This document shows positions 26,491 to 39,535 of a stretch of DNA of 64,000 nt, piece after piece (position 1 is the stretch's first letter; each line of letters starts with the position of its first letter). This stretch comes from Antechinus flavipes. Taxonomy: Eukaryota. A model generated the notes under the pieces. It saw only the letters and a program-made list of their open reading frames with translations. It was not told the DNA's origin and searched no databases. The DNA is taken from contig NC_067398.1 of assembly GCF_016432865.1 (NCBI RefSeq), positions 551,490,001-551,554,000 of the forward strand. The letters run 5' to 3'. A program made the position numbers and the translations under genes.

Positions 26491-27451
26491 GCTCTGGCTG
26501 TTAGGATTTTATCATTCTCTTATCTTAGTTTTCTTAAAATAGAGAAGGCAAAATTAACTCAAGGGCAGAGTTTTGGCAAATGCCACTATTTCAGAGGTTA
26601 TTTTGCAATATAGATCCAGAAGTTGCAGATTTATTATACTTGATCAAATCGTTCAGTTTATTTAATGTGTAAAATTAGCACTTTTGTCTATTTCAGATGT
26701 GAAAAATTCTAGGTGTAGCACTTGAAATAAATTGGTTTAACTCTAAAAAAATGCAACAATACACAAATAAGGAGGCAACATGGTATACTAACAGGAGAAA
26801 TGTAGTGATTTGGATTTAGGAGACTTGGGTTAGAAGAGTAAACTCCATCTCAAAGAAGTGATTTAAATTGATTGAGATCAAGAAGAGATACAAGTTCATT
26901 TTGAAACCAAAAAATTATATACTTTAATCATCTGAATTTTTTTAAAGTTCCTGTTCCTACATGTTCCTATATAGGTACAACTTGATAAATTAGATACTCT
27001 TCTACCTTCCAGTCATATTTCATTGCCCCATCTTGACTTGACCTCAGAAACAAGAAAGAAAGGGAGGGAAGGAAAAAGAAAGGGAGAAAAGGATGAAAGG
27101 AAGAAAAGATAAAATAGAAAAAAGGGAGAGGGAGAAGAATGGACAAAGAGAAGAGAAGAAACAAGCATTTATTAAGTACCTTTTATGTACCAGGCACCAT
27201 GCTAAGTGCTTTATAAAATATCATCTCATTTTATTTTCACAACATCCCTGAGAGGTAGGTGCTATTGTTATTTCCATTTTATAGCCAGAGAAACTAAGGT
27301 CAATGTGTTAAGTGACTTGCCCAGGATCACACAGCTTTTAACTTTTGAAATTTCAACTTCCTTTAAGATTATTAGATATACTAGCAAACATTTACCAAGT
27401 GCCTACAATGTGGCAAGCTCTAGGCTAGGTACTGGTTCTGAATAAGTACTT

Positions 27452-27672
27452 TTTGTTGTTGTTCAATCCTTTCAGCTGTGTCCAACTCTTTATGACCCTA
27501 CTTAGGGTTTTCTTGGCAAAGATACTGGTATGGTTTGCCATTTCCTTCTCTAGCTCATTTTACAGATGAGGAAATTAAGACAAACTGGGTTAAGTGACTT
27601 GTCCAGGTTCACACAGCTAGAAAGTATCTTAGTCAAATTTGAACTCAGGTTTTCTAGCCTCTAGACCCAGCT
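27452..27672 (-). mobile_element. MAR1-type SINE
   Basis: ttgttgttgttcaatcctttcagctgtgtccaactc...ggtttgccatttccttctctagctcattttacagatgaggaa. Confidence 0.85.
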
Positions 27673-28177
27673 ATCTATTCCCTGTGCAACTAACTAAGTA
27701 ATTATTTACCACAGTCTAAATAAAAACCTAAATGACATGAATTTACATGCACCTAGTAACATTTTTGTTTCTCATAGGAACATTTTGCTCATTTTCCATT
27801 TTCTTTTGAATTTTCCATTTCCATTTCCTTTGAATTACTGAGTTTGTCTTTTCTCTGGAAAAATGAGGAATTACTCTGCTTTATGAAAATGTAAGTGCAA
27901 AAATCATTATTGTTAATTTCTGAATTATGATTTTCTAAGTTCATTGGAAGTATTGTTAGAAATAATGTCTTCAATTTAATCCCATGAACATTTGCTGAGA
28001 AGCAGTGTAGTGTGAACAGATTAGTTCATTCTTCCAGAATCAAATTGGCTGTAACCACCCCTTAGAATTGCAAATCTTAGGAAAATTTCTGATTATAAAT
28101 TTTAAGAGGTGCAGATTTGCAATGGTAGAGGAATTCCTTTAATGGTAGCATCTTCTACTCATGGAATCAATGTTTTT

Positions 28178-28440
28178 ACACATACATGTATGCATATGTG
28201 TTTATGTGCATATAACACATTCATGTACATATATATGTGTGTTGTATACACTTGTACATCAATATATTCATCCTTCCATGCATGCAGAATGTACATGTAT
28301 ATGAATGCAATTAGACATAATACATGGGGTACAGATGCACATACATGTATATATGCACATGTGTATAATACATGTATTTGTATATATACATATGTATAGA
28401 TAAATACAATATATAAATAAATACAATATATAATATATCT
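28178..28440. repeat. Degenerate (TA/CA/TG)n tract
   Basis: Alternating purine-pyrimidine catacatgtatgcatatgtg...; source of ORF 28109-28399. Confidence 0.8.
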
Positions 28441-28584
28441 ATCTACTCTGTTTAAAATATGTATTTAATACATAGGATAGAAGATTGCTCCCAAGGTTTT
28501 GCTTAGTTGGGGGCCAAAGGAGACATGTTGATTATTTCTATGAGGTTCAAAAATAATAATTACAAGTAGACCTTCTTACTCCAG

Positions 28585-28711
28585 AGTTGACCCTAATGTT
28601 TGGAAAACACAGACTGCCTCACCATGCCCGTTATTATTCTTGTCCCATTGCTCAGGCATACATACAGGATTATATTTCAGCAAAGGAGTTGGTTTTATTA
28701 TCAAATGACAG
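28585..28711 (+). CDS. Candidate exon (phase 1 to 2), unknown product
   Basis: Acceptor ccttcttactccag|A, donor GACAG|gtaagg; 127 nt open: LTLMFGKHRLPHHARYYSCPIAQAYIQDYISAKELVLLSND; no recognised homologue. Confidence 0.25.
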
Positions 28712-29131
28712 GTAAGGAAAAATACAACAAATTGCAATAGTTGTGTAAAGTTTGTAGACAATTAATTGGCTACAATGACACATATAATACCATTAAGCAA
28801 AAGGAGAGAGACTTGTTTGTGAGGGAGTAAAAGTCATTTTTATAGAAACTAAGGGAATGCTGTCCTGCAAGGATATCCTATGTCTAGATAAACTGCCTTT
28901 AAAAGGAGCAAGTAACATGAATGGTCTTTATACATGTATATAATCCCATATCAGACAGGTAGAAGGGAACTTAATAAACTGAAAAGGTCTGGCATGCAGA
29001 CATGCCAGTGGCAGGCTAAAAAAAAAAAATGCAATAACCTTGGTAGTCATCTTTCTTTTGTGATCTTTTTTAGTAAACTGTATAAAAGCCATATATATGA
29101 TAATAATCTCTGTGTATTAGATTTTCTCAAG

Positions 29132-29192
29132 ACCAGTTTGAAATAATAACCCATATGGAAAAATGCCCATTATGCCATACATGACAGTATAT
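29132..29192 (+). other. Candidate 61-nt exon (phase 2 to 0) with in-frame TGA
   Basis: Acceptor attttctcaag|A, donor TAT|gtaagc; reads PV*NNNPYGKMPIMPYMTVY in frame with the 28585-28711 exon. Confidence 0.12.
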
Positions 29193-30684
29193 GTAAGCCG
29201 GCTAAAAGAATACTTGGCATTAAAATGAATTTTGAACATTGACATCCTTGGCATTTTTATCTCTCTTTTACATGGAAGTGAATAAGAGGCAGTTTCTAAC
29301 AATAGATATCAAAAGGTAAGGCAGAGAATGTGAAGTAATTTGTAAGTGGTCTGGTGGCACATAATAAGATTGATCTCCATATGTCATGAAATCTGGTGAA
29401 AATAATGAAAGACAAAAATAACTTAGGAAATTTTTTTTTTCATCCTACTAGTAGGTATGTAGAAATTACAATGCATACCAAGTTAAGGAATTTAAGATAA
29501 AGGAAACCACACAATAAGAAAAGTAGAACTTTCAAGAAACATATAAACACACATGGGTGTACACATCTCTCCTCCTACCATTCTGTTTAAATTATCCTCC
29601 CTGCTTGATGCTAAAAAGAAACATGGAACCAAACGAATATCAGAGTTCTCCTGGAGATGCTATACCATGCTATACTATATCATCATCTCTAAAGAATTAA
29701 AGTGATGAGTAGTTCAAAAAGCAATGGAAATCAGTAATTATTGCATACTAGCCTTATTGCTCTTCCTAAGAGGAGTTACATAAAAGATACTAAGGATATA
29801 TATGATGAAAAATAGAAATGGGTCAGCCAGGTGACAACGATGAAGAGCCCAAGGGCTACTATGTATAACATTAGTACATTAAAAGATTCAGAGGAAACAA
29901 CTTGTATCTTGAGTAGCTAGACATAAAAAGAAAAACAAAAAATATAAATAGAATGAAATCCTGCAAGTCACCATATCGTGTAAAAAATGTTTTGACATTG
30001 TAACTATATTTCTATTACATTTCCAGTTCTGATCCCAGAAAATTTTGTTTTTTGTTTCTCCTTTTCCTCTCTCCTCATTATTATCCTAACTTGGGTCATT
30101 GTAGCTCTTTTCCATCACAACACCCTCTGTAGTTCACCCTTTCTTCTGCCTTTGCCATTCATTGGCTATTATGGCAAACTCCATTCTCTGTCCCTACCTT
30201 CCAGACTTAAAATTTTAGCATTGACATTCCCCTTGGCATTATACCTCCTGCCCTACCTTTCTTTTGTTTTCCAACCAGGTACTACTCTAACATCCTGGCC
30301 ATCATTTCTGCCTAGCTGATGATTCTCATTGATTGATTTGGTAAGTATATTTAGTTGTTACTATCTTCCAGATACTTTGTAATAAAGCAATCAACAAGCA
30401 GGAAACATTTTTCAAGAGTGTACAGTGTTCTAAAGTTCAAGAGAGCAAAAAAAAAATGGTCCCTGCCCTCAAGGAATGAACATTTCCATATTTCATTGCA
30501 ATGCTTTCCTCACAGTTACACAATATATATCCACATTTAAAAATCACCATTGTAGCCTTTTAATTACATTTTTAAAACTACTAAGATCCCACAGTTGTCT
30601 CTACATACAGAAAACTCATATCCACTCTAGGCTATCTCTTGCAAATCTTACAATTTCCTTTTTTAAGAAGGAGGCATTTCATTC

Positions 30685-31690
30685 TCCAAATGATAAATGG
30701 TCAAAGGATATGAATAAACATAAGAGCATTTTAGTCATATGAAAAAGTTCTCTTAAATCGCTATTGGTGAAGAGCAATGCAAATTAAGACAACTCTGAGA
30801 TACCACTACACACCTCTCAGATTGGCTAAAATGACAGGAAAAGATAATGATGAATGTTGGAGAACATGTGGAAAAACTGAGACACTAATATATTGTTGGT
30901 GGAGTTGTGAACTGATTCAACCATTCTGGAGAGCAATATGGAACTATGCCCAAATGGCTATCAAAATGTGCATACTCTTTGATTCAGCAGCATCTCTACT
31001 TGGGCCAGTATTCAAAAGAAATCATAAAAAAAGGGAAAAGATCTCACATGTGCAAAAATGTTTGTGGCAGCCCTTTTCGTAGTGGCAAGAAAGTAGAAAT
31101 TGAGTGACTGTCCATCATTTGGAGAATGGCTAAACAAGTTATGGTACATGAATGTAATGGAATATTATTGTTCTATAAGAAACAATCAGCAGGATGATTT
31201 CATAAAGGCCTGGAGAGACTTAGATGAACTGATGCTAAGTGAGTGAGTAGAATCAAGAAAACATTTTACATAGCAACAACAAGATTATATGATGATTAAT
31301 TCTGCTGGACGTAGCTCTTTTCAACAGCAAGGTGATTCAGGCCAGTTCCAATAGTCTTGTAATGGAGAGAGTCATCTGCACCTAGAGGGAGGACTGTGGT
31401 GATGACTAAGTATGGATCACAACAGAGTATTTTCACTTTTTTTATTGTTGTTTGCTTGCATTTTTTTCTCTTTCTTTTTAACCATTTTGATCTGATTTTT
31501 CCTGTGTAGCATGATAATTGTGGCAACATGTATAGAAAAATTGCACATGTTTAACATATAATGGATTACTTGCTGTTTAAGAGGGGAACAGAGAGAGAGA
31601 AACATAAATTTGGAACACAAATTTTTGCCAAGTTGAATGCCAAGTTCTATGCATATGCTTTGAAAATAAAAAGCTTAAAAAATAAAAAGA
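30685..31690 (+). mobile_element. 5'-truncated L1
   Basis: DKWSKDMN...MQIKTTLRYHYTPLRLAKMTGKDNDECWR..PFWRAIWNYAQ; 3' UTR ends gaaaataaaaagcttaaaaaataaaa. Confidence 0.92.
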
Positions 31691-31769
31691 TTGAGGCATT
31701 TGAATGCAAAGGGATGGGAATCATGAACAATTATAATGTTCTATCTAGGTAGAAACAAAATTTCCTATT

Positions 31770-32010
31770 TTTGTTGTTCAGTCATTTTTCAGTTGCATCT
31801 GACTCTTAGTGATTTTCCTTTGGGGGTTTCTTGGCAAAGATATTGAAGTATTTTGTGATTTCCTTCTCTAGCTCATTTTGTAGATGAGGAAATTGAGGCA
31901 AATAGGGTTAAATGACTTGCCTAGGGTCACATGGCTGGTGTCTGAGGCTGGATTTGAACTCAGATTTTTTTGAGTTTAGGTTAAGTGATCTATCCAATGT
32001 TTCCCCTAGA
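31770..32010 (-). mobile_element. MAR1-type SINE
   Basis: ttgttgttcagtcatttttcagttgcatctgactc...tttccttctctagctcattttgtagatgaggaaattgagg. Confidence 0.85.
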
Positions 32011-34496
32011 TAGTCTTCCTCAGATATTCTTAATTAAGACTTTTGTTATGGGTTCATGAAGGAACATTAGTAGCATAGTAGGAAAAAAGATTCAGATTTG
32101 AAGTCACAAGATTCTTCTTTAATTCCAAGCCTGACTAACTCTAAGACCTCTGGTTAAACAATTATTGAATTCAAATCTGCTTCCCTCAGATTTCCATTAA
32201 CTAGTTATAGAGAGTCACAAAAAGAAGATTAATTCCTCTCATATAAGACATTTCTTCATCTAGTTTGAAGAATTTTAGTATTATAAGATATCTTAATAAC
32301 TCTATAGGCTAATCCAAACCTGAAAAGACTGTCTTGTGCAATATATTTGACAAGTTACTTAAGATTAAAGGATTGGAGATCTAAGGAAATAAGCATATTA
32401 AAATCATATATTTAGACTTGAAAGGAACTTTAGAGAACTCAAGTAATATGACTAGCATAATATAGATCATAACAATCATGACTGAGATTTGAACCCATCC
32501 CTTCTGTCAGTGTTCTTTGTACTTGTATATCATTTTTGCCTTTACATAGTCAACACAATTCCATTCAGAAAAGAATTTTTAGAGCCTGTTAGGTTCAAGG
32601 CATTGTTTTATTTCTAAATTAGATCTTCATATTTTTAATAAATAATTTATAATGAAACTATATCAGCTTTAGATAGATTAAATTCCTGATATACCTGCAG
32701 TCTTTCATTATGTGCTATACAAAAGTCTGAGACACACCTCCCCCCATATAACTAACTGTATAATATAGTTGCATTCATTTTATAGCATTTGAAGGATGAT
32801 TACACTCTTTGAAGTGGTTGTTGAGATTTATAGTTGTGTTTTTACATTACTGACATTATTGGCCATATATGAAATTTATTTCATGGCAAACTCTTGTTCG
32901 GGAACATCAAATTATAGCATTGTTCCTTTGGGAAACTATGAGCTAATTTACAACAATCCACTGTACAATATGATTTCCAAGAAAACATTCTGACAAAATG
33001 AAAGCTTTGCCCAGATAGTATGTGCTGCTTATGTGAAATATATGCCACATGATAGCACTAGGTTCCAAACACTATTCTAGAAAGCAAAACAAAACAACAA
33101 AACAAAAACAAAACAAAACTGACTTTGCCAGGACAGAATGAATGTAAGTAAGCCATTTTTATATTCTGGGAAATGATTCAATTGACTTTTAAAGGCAGAA
33201 ATTTGCACAAATTTTTTTCTTGTCAAGTACATTTTCCCATTATTAATTCAGGATGTATTTTTATTCTTTTTTATCTGAATAATTATTTTATGAAAGGGAT
33301 TGCAACAGAATTATATGTTAATTCATCTTCCTGAGCTGAAAGTCATCCATTCTGGTCCTATAAATAATCAAATTATGATCTACTTCATGTATTAGACACC
33401 TGATGTAGATTGTCAAGACAATACCAACAATTTCCAAAGAATATTTCTTTATTTTAAGAACAAAGTTGTTGAAAACCCCTGAGGCAATTGAAATAAAAAT
33501 TGCCTAATTAAGAGATAAGAAGGTAGAAACGATTTTGTTAAGGAAAATGACTTCCCACTACAAGAAATATACAGTGAGGCAAAGCAGAATCTTTATCAGA
33601 AGGATAATCTGATGCAAATTGGAGTTGCTTCAGTTTCAAATTAGACAACAGTCCTTCTTGATTAAATTTACATGATGCCAAATTGGAGATATTGCAAGTA
33701 TTTAAAAAAAAACACACACACACACATTTTAAAACTACTAGTACTAAATAGATTTTCTATGGTCTCATAATTCAATAAAGTCAATATGGAAATTTCATTT
33801 TTATTGTTGTGGTTAAAGCTTTCTTCCATGAACCATTGATTTCAAAATCTATAGTGCATTTGAAATGTGGATTCTGTTTCATTTCACATGAGCTCCTGGT
33901 ATGATTTTGATGAAGCATCTGTTCATTTGCACTAAGTGTCCAAATCCAAGAGGTGCTATGTTTTTTGTATCTGCAAAAATAATAATTCTTAATGTGCTTC
34001 AGAAAGAGGACTGAAATGGAAACCAGGAAACCTGGATTTTAGTCCTCATTCTAATACTAATTAGTAAGTTGGGCCTCAGTTTTTTAACCTATAAAGTGAA
34101 GGCTTACATGATATTTTCTCTAATATTCCTTCCAATACTGACAATCTGATTCAGTGATGTTTCTCCATACTTTTCCCCAGGTCTGTTTGGGAGTGATGGA
34201 TTTTTTTTTTTTTTTTGGCAGAGCGCTTGGCCAATAGCAGTGGAGGGCATATACGTGAACCAAATATATTCATCTGTCCAGAGATGATGAAGTCCTCCAA
34301 GAGTTCCTGTTTACAGATGATATTATACTTAATGCATATGTACAGAATATTTCACGGAACCAATGATATCCATAGTCTCTTCAAAGAAATTGAATTAAAA
34401 AATCCTCAAAGAAAAACCAAATGAATGATGATGTCCTTTGGCATAGATTATGATACAATTAGCTAGGCAGTCCATTGACACAGTTGATAATATCTT

Positions 34497-34639
34497 TTTC
34501 CCCCCTGAGGCAATTGGGATTAAATGACTTGCCCAGGGTCACACAGCTAGGAAGTATTAAGTGTCTGAAGCCAGATTTGAACTCAGGCCCTCCTGACTTC
34601 AGGGCTGGGGCTCTATCCACTGCACCACCTAGATGTCCC
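34497..34639 (-). mobile_element. WSINE1 with 10-bp TSD
   Basis: TSD ataatatctt at 34487-34496 and 34640-34649; near-consensus body gaggcaattgggattaaatgacttgcccagggtcacacagc. Confidence 0.92.
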
Positions 34640-35029
34640 ATAATATCTTGAAAAGATTCTTCATATAGGTTATGAGGTAGATCCATAATTAATAGGACAA
34701 GAAAACAATCTAGATAACAGCTCAGAAATTTTGCAATGTTTTAAATGATTCCAAACTAATCCCTAATGTGGTGTTTTTCTTCTTTAAAATAATGGTTCTC
34801 TTGGGAGAAAGCAGGTTTCTTGGGGAGGTTTTCCCCATCTACTGATTTGGATTCCAAAGGGTAGAATTTAATCCAATAGGTAGTATTTTAAAATTCTCAA
34901 GGACAGAATTCAACTGACAGAGAACATTGGGGACCAGCAAAAGTGAAGCTATGTCCTTGCTTCTTTATAGGTATCACAGAGAGCATTAAATAATTGAGAG
35001 TAGGATTTTAAGGAGGCAGCCTTAGTTGC

Positions 35030-35585
35030 AGTTGAAAGTAATAATCACCTCAAAAGACAGCCAGGTGATAAAGTGCAAATGTTTATTTTCTCCTTTCTTG
35101 GGTCCAGGTAGCTTTAATAGAGGGCTCAGCTTTCCCTGGTTCTGAGACCTCTTGCAGCTAGTCCTTTGCCTCTGCTCCCTTTAGCCTCCAGCTAGCACAA
35201 AGGTGGAAAATGCAATGGATCTCTCTTGCCTTGGAGAGAGAGGGCTTGTGGTCTTCCTCCCAGAGTGCTCCTCTCCGACCCCCTCACAATGTTCTGAAAT
35301 AACTAAGTTGAAACTCTAAGAGCTTCAACATATATAATCTCCCAAAAGTTGACTCCTCCGGAGGGAGGGATTAAGGGAGGTGTGAATTTGGATATCTCCT
35401 ACTAAACCCTGAAATCTCCTAAATGTGTGAACTCCAATGAGTACTTAAATACTTCTTGCTTATATGAACTCTCTAAAGGTGTGAACACAAGCATTGTATC
35501 AATTTCATTGAGTTAACATTAGGATTCTAACATCTCCCTTGAGTTATCACCTTTTTCAAGTTGAGTTAACACTAGGATTCCAACA
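35030..35585 (-). mobile_element. Probable solo ERV LTR
   Basis: On minus strand starts TGTTGGAATCC, has AATAAA ~50 nt before the end (plus-strand tttatt ~35083); GC-richer than flanks; TSD not clear. Confidence 0.65.
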
Positions 35586-35760
35586 CCCTAGAAAACACAA
35601 ATTTTGAACAACTAATATTCTTCCATCAAAGCTAAATGGCTTCAAATTTTAGAATATCAATGATGGTTTACATACAAGAAGTGGCATAAAACGTGGTTTT
35701 TGGGGGAGTGGGAGTAAGGGGAAGAGAGAAACTTGGATCTGGAATTCCATTGGCCTAGAG

Positions 35761-35921
35761 ACCAGTTTCTTAAACTGTGGTTTGTATCTTTTAACGAAAT
35801 ATGGTCCCCAAATGATCATTTATTATTGGCAAATGTTTGATTTGTATACCTATTTTATATATGTATAAATATTTCTTGGGCAAAAAAAAGGTCATGGGTA
35901 GAAAAAGTTTAGCAAGCCCTG
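35761..35921 (+). mobile_element. Charlie/hAT-type MITE with 8-bp TSD
   Basis: Degenerate TIRs ..tttcttaaact / agtttagcaagccctg; TSD gcctagag (35753-35760) vs gtctagag (35922-35929), 7/8 match with TAG core typical of Charlie targets. Confidence 0.75.
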
Positions 35922-37004
35922 GTCTAGAGAACTCTAAGAAAGGACATGTCCTCCACTAATAAAGATAGGCAAGTGTACTGGAACTCAGAGACTTTTTCAT
36001 AAAAACTGGATTGGTCACATAACTGAGAGTGAAGAACAATAGGTGGATAGCGTCAGTTTTGTACTAGATCCCATAGCATGTTCAGACTTTGAAGGAGAGC
36101 TTCATTTGTGGATTTATGGAAGGAACTGGACAAGAATTGACCAGGATGAGAAGGTATATGTGCTTTGTGATCCATTTTATAGTAAGGAACACCCTCATTG
36201 ATGAGATAATAGATCCTTTGATGTATGAAGTAAATTCTAAGAATCTGGATCATGTTCTAACTGAATTAGTGAGACACAGATAACTTACAAATGTACAGGC
36301 ATCATTCCTCTTAAATTCTTGGAAAAATGCAAGACTTCAACTGAAACCTAAGAAAACATAGGGTTTAAAAGGTGAATAGACAATGGATAGGAAATATGAG
36401 TCAGGAAGGAAAAACATCAGAAGACAAAGATTAAAATCTGACTCTAATAAAAGAATATTGTGTTTAGAGACTAGTAAGGTGATGAACTGTAAGGAGTAGG
36501 AGGTTCATGAAAAGTAAGATATTTAGGCTTCAGGCTCCTTGCAGGCAGTCTCCATGCATGTTTTCATCTTATTTATTTAATACCTAGCCCAGTGCTTAGC
36601 ATGTAGAGGACATATAATGAATCTTGATTTTATTTGAATTAGATTAGAGATAATTATTACCTCTCAGGAGACTAGATTTTTTTGTTTGGTCTCCAAATGG
36701 AAATTAGCTTCAAACAGATTTGTATTTGTTCCCTCCCCCCAAAGCCTTTTTAGACATCCAAAATAATCCACTTTGGGATGTAGATTTTAATCAGCTTCAG
36801 ATACTCCAGCATCATTCCTCCTGTGTTTCCCACTAACCAAACAGCAAGGAATCATTGCATTTGTGTAAATACGAGCTTCCTTAACACATTTCACAATGTC
36901 CCTATATTGCTATCCACTTTAGGAAAGACTACCTCAAACTGCTGGATCAATAGCTGGTTCTGACCCAATCCTTCAAGGAAGTTTCTGGATAAGTTATGTT
37001 GTTG

Positions 37005-37230
37005 TTGTTCCATTGTTATCAGTTGTGTCCAACTTTTCATGATCTTATTTTATCACAATAAAGATCTAGGGTAGTTTGCCATTTCCTTCTCTAGGTCATT
37101 TACAATGAAGAACTGAGGCAAGCAGGTTACTTGCCCAGCTAGGAAGTGTCTGAGATCAGATATGAAATTATAAAGTTTCTCCTGATTCTAAACCCAGTTC
37201 ATTATCCATTGAGCCATTTAGCTGTTCTCT
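37005..37230 (-). mobile_element. MAR1-type SINE
   Basis: gttatcagttgtgtccaac...gggtagtttgccatttccttctctagg. Confidence 0.7.
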
Positions 37231-37232
37231 TG

Positions 37233-37380
37233 ATAAGTATTTCAATATAATTGGCTACTTTGTAATCTTCTGTATTTTTTAATGCATTTAAAAACATTTT
37301 TCTAAGAAGCGTTCTACAGCTTTCATTGGATTACCAAAGGAGTTGATAACACACAAAAAAGTTAAGAATTCTTTCTCTAG
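37233..37380 (+). mobile_element. hAT/Charlie-type MITE 3' half
   Basis: tttcaatataattgg..aatgcatttaaaaacatt...acacaaaaaagttaagaa followed by ctctag target-like site. Confidence 0.5.
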
Positions 37381-37469
37381 AAAATAGGAGCATGATTAGT
37401 GATTTAATGACTAGTCAGATAAGACAGTGTTTACTAGTGTTTCTGTTCCAGCCTCTTTGAATTTAATAA

Positions 37470-38000
37470 GCATCAATCAATAAGCCAGTTAACAAGTGCT
37501 ACTAGGTGACAGACACAGTCCCTGCCCTCAGCAAGCTCACCTTCAAATAGGAGAGACAACATGCAGATTAGTATGCACATGCAAGATGCATAAAATATAG
37601 AAAAAAGTAATTTTAGAGAGATGGCACTAGTTGTGAGATGAATCATGAAAGACTTCTTGCAAAAGAAGGAATTTGAGATGTCTTGAAAGAAGCCGGGGAA
37701 GCCAGAAGGTAGAGGTGAGGAGGAAAGTCATTTTAAACATGGGAAACAGCTAGGGAAGAAGCATGTCATTGGGAGATGTGGTGCCTGATATGAGTTAGAG
37801 CAAGTATATAAATAGAGCTAGATTGTAGAGTTAATTAAGGGGGAAAAAGTAGAAAAATATTGAAAAAGCAAGAAAGAGAAAGATAGTGAAGGGCTTTAAA
37901 AGTCAAATAGTTAATTTTATATTTGCTCTTGGAGGTAATAGGGAATCATTGAAAATTTTGGAGCAGAAGAGGGACATTATTAAACTTGAACTTTCAGGGC
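37470..38000 (-). mobile_element. L2 remnant
   Basis: aatcaataagcc...agtgctactaggtgacagacacagtccctgccctcagcaagctcac. Confidence 0.7.
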
Positions 38001-39084
38001 ACTTCATAGCTTGTTATACCAAGGTGGGCAAGTTCCTCTAGTATAAAGCTTCTTAAAATTGTGGGTTGTTATTCTGTATGGGGTCATGTAACTGAATGTA
38101 GGGGTAGTGAAAAATAAATTTCTTTACGATTTATTATCAATAGGTGTTGTATTTATTTTATGTAGCTATTATCCCTGGAGTCATATAAACATTTTTCAGA
38201 CAAAAAGAAGTCACAAGTGGAAAAAGTTTAAGAAACCCTATGTCTAGCTCATCTTCCCTGTCATATGGGGTTGACAATAAAAACCTGATATATACAATAG
38301 AGCAGATGAGGAGATGTCTCATGAGCACTCTGAATTCCTGAGAGAAAAGTTTTGTACATACATGCAGGTTATTATTAGAAATCATTTAAAGCATTAAAAA
38401 AAAAAATCCTAGACTTGTCTAACTAATTCTACCTTCCTAATAACTAAGAGAGAGGAATGCAAAATACCCAATTTAGACTTCTCACAATATTATACATACA
38501 GCTGATCAACTCTGACAACTAGAGATGAGCCCAGAGCTAAATGAACCCTTTATTGGGATTTCTAATTTCTCTTTATAACATTCTTTATCTCATCTATTCT
38601 GGATAATTTGCAATGGTGATGCCTGGGTTAGCTCTCCTGGGAGATGCCTCACCTCTAAATATTGCTGCAGGGCCTTCTACTCTAATATCCAGCCTAATAG
38701 CCTTCTTATCAGGCTAATGACAGCTACTTCCAACAAAGAGAGCCAGGAAGCAAGCAAAATCTTCCACACACATTTTCCAGAAACTAAATCTTATCATCAT
38801 CAATGAACATACAAGTGCTTACTATGTTCCAGGTCTGAGAGTGAAGTTGTGGAACACTAACTTTAAGGTTTATAAAATACTTACCTTACAACTCTATAAA
38901 ATAGGTAGAGCAAATGCTAATATCTCTATTTTATATTTTATTTAAATGAGGTGCAAAAAGATGAATTGGCTATTATTATATCACCAGTATATATTTCAGA
39001 TGAGATTTAGATGAATTTTTAAATAAAATAAATTTAAAACAAAACAGACAATAAACATAAGTTTCCTGACTTTAGGATGCCCTG

Positions 39085-39535
39085 TTGCCTTCAAAGGATA
39101 TTGACAAATTGCAGAAGAAGGCAACCAAAATAGTGAGAAGATTTTAACTAACCTACTAAATGAAAAATGAAGGGATTGATGGGTATTTATACTGGAGAAG
39201 ATCAATAGAGGTTGAACATGGCTATTATTTTTTTAAACTATTTTAAAGGTCATTTTAGAAGAGGGATTTGACTTTTTCTATGTGGTTCCATAGAAATAGG
39301 ACATTCAAGTAGAAATTACAGGGAAACATTTCAATTTAATATAAGGGAAAAGTTTTTAAAATTGGAACCATCCCCAAATAGAATAGGTTGTGTCATTTTA
39401 TAGTGAGTTGTCTGTAATAAAAGGTTTCCAAAATGAAGCTGAGTGAACCCCTATTGGGGATGTTATGGAAAGAAATCATACATTGCAGGGGGCTAGACTA
39501 GAAGACTTCTGATATCCCTTCCAGTTCTAACACTC
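39085..39535 (+). mobile_element. L3/CR1 LINE 3' end
   Basis: ggatattgacaaattg...gaaggcaaccaaaatagtgag (DIDKL..RATKMV) through ...gactagaagacttctgatatcccttccagttctaacactcta. Confidence 0.8.

Larger units (their letters stand above)
34283..36210 (+). mobile_element. Fragmented old marsupial RTE LINE (RT domain to 3' end), interrupted by WSINE1, LTR and hAT MITE
   Basis: 34283: DDEVLQEFLFTDDIILNA (RT F-x-DD motif); 34360-34420 NDIHSLFKEIELK..RKTK; ~34730 NVLNDSKLIP; ~35610 TNILP; ~36100-36153 LWIYGRNWTRIDQDEK (RTE C-terminal motif). Confidence 0.75.

Noticed and set aside
34210-34320. Minus-strand exon-like ELLEDFIISGQMNIFG
   Set aside because: Antisense of the RTE reverse-transcriptase remnant.
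36076-36153. Apparent exon ...DFEGELHLWIYGRNWTRIDQDEK|gtatat
   Set aside because: Explained as the RTE LINE C-terminal motif.
38302-38368. Phase 2 to 0 exon (ADEEMSHEHSEFLREKFCTYMQ) that would link the 28.6 kb and 55.1 kb candidates without a stop
   Set aside because: No polypyrimidine tract and weak GTTTAT donor; picked out post hoc.
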